NCBI RefSeq assembly: GCF_963921235.1 | Contig: NC_086097.1 | Location: 107,634,001-107,698,000, forward strand | Reading direction: 5' to 3' | Origin: Mobula hypostoma | Lineage: Eukaryota | Length of the DNA stretch: 64,000 nucleotides | Part shown: positions 59,723 to 64,000 of the stretch, piece by piece | Layout of the letters: each line of letters begins with the position of its first letter | Numbering within the stretch: the stretch's first letter is position 1 | The notes under the pieces: generated by a model | Databases searched by the model: none | What the model was told of the DNA's origin: nothing | What the model saw: only the letters and a program-made list of their open reading frames with translations | Translations under genes and position numbers: made by a program

Positions 59723-62609
59723 TGAGGTTGGGTAAAATACTGAAAGGCTTTTATTCGCTGTACAATACGACCCCATGCTGAGTGTCAGCCCCCGGACTGA
59801 GGGGGAGGGGCAAGGCGAATCACCTTTATACGAGATTCTGTGGGAGGAGCCACAGGGGCAGACACTCAGCAGAGGGGCATGTCCAGACAGTTAACCCCCC
59901 CCCGTTACATAGAAACATAGAAAATAGGTGCAGGAGTAGGCCATTCGGCCCTTCGAGCCTGCACCGCCATTTATTATGATCATGGCTGATCATCCAACTC
60001 AGAACCCCGCCCCAGCCTTCCCTCCATACCCCCTGACCCCCGTAGCCACAAGGGCCATATCTAACTCCCTCTTAAATATAGCCAATGAACTGGCCTCAAC
60101 TGTTTCCTGTGGCAGAGAATTCCACAGATTCACCACTCTCTGTGTGAAGAAGTTTTTCCTAATCTCGGTCCTAAAAGGCTTCCCCTTTATCCTCAAACTG
60201 TGACCCCTCGTTCTGGACTTCCCCAACATCGGGAACAATCTTCCTGCATCTAGCCTGTCCAATCCCTTTAGGATCTTATACGTTTCAATTCAATCATATA
60301 TGTTACAACATATATATGGTTTACCACATTCACCCCTCCTTTTTTTAAAAAAGAGTCCCGCGGGTTGAAGTGACTGACAATATTTACAGCAAGTATATTT
60401 ACAGGTCAAGTCTATCAGGCAGTCGCGTCACTCTCCACTTGGAAGGGAATGGACTCATCCACCACATGCATTGCTGCTTTGGCAATGTCCCCTGATATGT
60501 GGCTGAAGGCCGCGCGGGCCTCGGCTGAGAGGGGGAATGTGGTGGACTTGACCAGGGGCGGGCCTTGTCTACGTAGTTTGAGACCCATTGGGCGTAATAT
60601 GAAAAGAAGCCCAGGCACCTTTTGAGGGCTCTGAGAGTATTGGGAAGAGGGAGTTCCAACAGGGAGCGCATACGGTCGGGGTCAGGGCCAATGATTCCAT
60701 TCTCCACCACACACTCAAAGATAGCAAGTCGGGTGGTCCTGAATACACACTTGTCCTTGTTATAGGTGAGATTGAAAGCTTTGGCCGCTTGGAGAAATTT
60801 TTGGAAGTTGTTGTCGTGATCCTGCCAGTCGTGACCGCAGATGGTGATGTTATCCAGATATGGGAACATGGCCTTCAGTTGGCACTGATCCACCATCCGG
60901 TCCATCGCCCTCTGGAAGACAGATACACCATTCGTGACACCAAAGGGGATGCTCAGGAATTGATAAAGCCTGCCGTCTGCCTCGAAGGCAGTGTAAGGGC
61001 AGTCCTCCCGGTGGATGGGGAGCTGTTGGTAAGTGGATTTTAGGTCTATATTTGAGTACACCTTGTACTGTGCTATCTGATTGACCATATCCGCGATGCG
61101 GGGTAGACGGTACACGCTGAGCTGCGTGAACCTATTGATGGTCTGGGTATAGTCCACGGCCATCCTATTTTTCTCCCCATTCTGAACAACGACCACCCGT
61201 GCCCTCCTAGGATTTGTGCTTGCCTCAGTGACCCCCTCCCTGAGCAGCCGCTGCACCTCCGACTTAATGAAAGCTCTGTCCCCTGCGCTGTACCTCCTGC
61301 TTTTAGTTGCCACGGGTTTACAGTCGGGGGTCAGGTTGGCGAACAGCGGTGGGGGAGGGATCCAAAGGGTGGAGAGGCCGCAAGTGGCGTCGGTAGTGCA
61401 GCAGTTGGCATGGTGTTTGGTGGGGTGCCCCGTGAGCACCCATTGGTCATAGGCGGTGGGAGGTGGCGCTGACCAAGATGGCAGCCCCCATGTCTCGCAA
61501 GTGGTGGCGGCGTGCAGGGAAGATGGCGACCCCTATGTTTCGCACGCGGCGCTACTCGATCCCGCTCGCGATTTGGACTTACAGACCTTCGTGAAGTAGC
61601 CCTTCTTTCCGCAGCTGGAGCAGGTAGCTTCTCGGGCCGGGCAGCGTTTCCGGGGGTGCTTCTCCAGTCCGCAGAAGTAGCACTTCGTGGACTCGCGACT
61701 GGCAGCAACCAGGGTTAGTTCACCGGCGGGTTGCGGGGAATTGCGACTGGCAGCAGCTGAGGTCGATTCGCCGGCGGTTTGCGGGGTCTGCGGCGCCCAC
61801 GAGGCCATCGGGGGATCGCGTGCCTGGAGAGCCTTAGAGTTATGCAGAGCGGCCTCTAGCATGTCGGCCAGCTCGATTGCCGAACTTAAGGTAAGATCGG
61901 CTTTTCCCAACAGCCGCTGGCACACATACACTGACCTGGTCCCCCTGACGAAGGCGTCTCTCACGAGGAGTTCTGCATGCTGCGCCGCCGTCAGCTCCTG
62001 GCAATGGCAGGCCCACACAAGTGTCTGTAGTGCCTGGACAAACTCAGCACTCGATTCCCCGGGCTGTTGTTGCCTTGTCGCTAAGCGGTGCTAAGCATAG
62101 ACGCTGTTTATTGGCCGCAGGTATTGTCTTTTGAGGGCACTCATCGCGCCATCGTAGTTCAGCTGGTCGCTGATCAGCGAATAGACTCGTGGACTGACCC
62201 TGGAGAGTAGAACTCTGCGCTTCACTACGGGGTCGGTCGCTTTAATCTCCTCTAGGTACACTTCGAAGCAAGCCAGCCAGAGTTCGAAAGTGTTTCCAGC
62301 TTCAGGTGTTTGTGGATCGAGGTCTAATTTGTCGGGTTTCAGTGCATGTTCCATGCTTTAAAATTTACAGCGAATAAAATTGAAGCACCTTCAATAACTC
62401 CAAAAGACTGAAGTTGAGTAAAATACTGAAAGGCTTTTATTTGCTGTAGAATACCACCTCTATGGTGAGTGTCTGCCCCCGGACTGAGGGGGAAGGGCAA
62501 GGCAAAATCACCTTTATACAGGAACCTGTGGGAGGAGCCACAGGAGCAGTCAGCAGAGGGGCGTGTCCAGACAGTTAACCCAGTTACAACATGTATATGG
62601 CTTACCACA
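59723..62609 (-). mobile_element. Internally deleted Gypsy element: 5' LTR 62381-62609, gag (two Zn knuckles), RT, start of RNase H fused to pol tail, PPT, 3' LTR 59723-60328 (split by CR1)
   Basis: Two homologous LTRs (minus strand TGTGGTAA...GCTTCA). Gag MEHALKPDKLDLDP...CYFCGLEKHPRKRCPAREATCSSCGKKGYFTKVC. RT IDLKSTYQQL...IPFGVTNG...YLDN. PFQVESDA joined to RLPDRLDL*. PPT GGAGGGGTGAA. Confidence 0.92.
59910..60289 (-). mobile_element. Short young CR1 3' end inserted in the Gypsy 3' LTR
   Basis: Tail plus RLDAGRLFPMLGKSRTRGHSL; TSD GTTACA at 59904-59909 and 60302-60307. Confidence 0.93.
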
Positions 62610-62787
62610 AGAGGGAGAGGGAGAGAGAGAGGGGGAGAGGGAGAGAGAGAGAGGGAGAGAGAGTGAGAGGGAGAGAGAGAGAAGGAGAGAGAGAGGGAGA
62701 GGGAGAGAGAGAGGGAGAGGAGAGAGGGAGAGAGAGAGGGAGAGAGAGAGGGAGAGAGAAGGAGAGAGAGAGGGAGAGGGAGAAAGG
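62610..62787. repeat. Imperfect (GA)n/(GAGAGG)n polypurine tract
   Basis: Directly visible. Confidence 0.97.
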
Positions 62788-63207
62788 AAAAATCCTATGA
62801 GATTCATCAGACATGATTTTCCTTTCACAGATCCATGCTGACTTTGTCCGATGATTTCACCGCTTTCCAAATGTGCTGTTATCACATCTTTCATAACTGA
62901 CTCTAGCATTTTGCCCACCACCGATGTTAGGCTAACTGGTCTATAATTCCCCGGTTTCTCTCTCCCTCCTTTTTTGAAAAGTGGGGTTACATTAGCCACC
63001 CTCCAATCCTCAGGAACTAGTCCAGAATCTAAAGAGTTTTGAAAAATTATCACTAATGCATCCACTATTTCTTGGGCTACTTCCTTAAGCACTCTGGGAT
63101 GCAGACCATCTGGCTCTGGGGATTTATCTCCCTTTAATCCCTTCAATTTACCTAACACCACTTCCCTACTAACATGTATATCCCTCAGTTCCTCCATCTC
63201 ACTGGAC
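62788..63207 (-). mobile_element. Internal CR1 ORF2 fragment without 3' tail
   Basis: KSPEPDGLHPRVLKE...NYRPVSLTSVVGK; close to 45043-45460. Confidence 0.9.
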
Positions 63208-63930
63208 ACTGGCCACCCGCCCCTTTGAGCGACTGAGTGTTGACTTTAAGGGCCCCCTTCCCTCCACCGACCGCAATGTGTACTTTCTTAACGTTATTGA
63301 CGAGTACTCGTGGGTCCCCTTCACCATCCCCTGCCCCAACACCACTACCACGTCAGTTATAAAAGCCCTGCGCAATCTCTTCACTCTGTTCGGATACCCA
63401 TGCTATATCCACAGTGACAGAGGGTCCTCGTTTATGAGTGACGAGCTGTGCCAATACCTACTGGCTAGGGGAATTGCAACCAGTAGGACCACGAGCTATA
63501 ATCCCCGGGGGAATGGACAGGTGGAGAAGGAGAATGGCATGGTGTGGAAAGCCCTCAGGTCAAAGGGACTGCCGGTCTCTCGCTGGCAGGAGGTCCTTCC
63601 CGAGGCACTCCACTCCATCCACTCCCTGTTATGCACAGCCACCAACACCACCCCTCATGAGAGGCTCTTTTCATTTCCCAGAAAGTCGACTACTGGGACC
63701 ACCCTACCAACTTGGCTGACGTCCCCGGGGCCAGTGCTGCTCTAGAAACATGTGAGGAGCAATAAATACTCCCCGATGGTCGAGAGGGTTCACTTACTTC
63801 ATGCGAACCCTCAGTATGCCTATGTGGTTTTACCTGATGGGCGAGAGGACAAGGTCTCCATCCACGACCTGGCGCCCGCAGGAGCACCAGGCCCCTACCC
63901 TGAACACTCCGTGGTGACTATTGACCCCAT
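63208..63930 (+). mobile_element. Gypsy integrase fragment (DDE core)
   Basis: PFERLSVDFKGPLP...VIDEYS...IHSDRGSSFMS...YNPRGNGQVEKEN; in-frame stop at 63743-63745. Confidence 0.9.
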
Positions 63931-64000
63931 GTAAGGGCGGTCCTCCCGGCAGATGGGGAGCTGATGGTAAGCGGATTTTAGGTCTATGGTTGAGTACACC
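63931..64000 (-). mobile_element. Gypsy RT fragment of the same family as 59723-62609
   Basis: Closely matches ~60993-61062. Confidence 0.75.

Noticed and set aside
59081..59781. RE-rich and SL-rich ORFs (also 62563-62841)
   Set aside because: Translations of CT/GA microsatellites.

Overview
Eukaryotic, repeat-dominated window with no host-gene exon I can support. The mix of abundant CR1 LINEs with (TTTCTATG)n tails, Penelope-like elements (PLEs), Rex1/Babar LINEs and Gypsy LTR elements suggests a cartilaginous-fish (shark/ray-like) genome; this is an inference. Bases 1-14,786 are a GC/CpG-rich satellite of 7-mer and 5-mer units (GAGGCCG/GAGACCT/GAGGC) with kb-scale higher-order duplications. 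It appears to have expanded inside an LTR (outer end at 15,260), which itself interrupts a hAT-Charlie/Buster transposase. The rest is nested TEs: one young CR1 with an uninterrupted 999-aa ORF2, PLE copies with minimal hammerhead ribozymes (two are inverted structures with target-site duplications), a solo LTR, a deleted Tigger with a long internal hairpin, and deleted Gypsy elements. The best new lead is the Gypsy element at 59.7-62.6 kb, whose primer-binding site is not tRNA-like but is the exact complement of its own LTR poly(A)-signal region, suggesting self-priming. Boundaries of degraded elements are approximate (read by eye, no alignments run).
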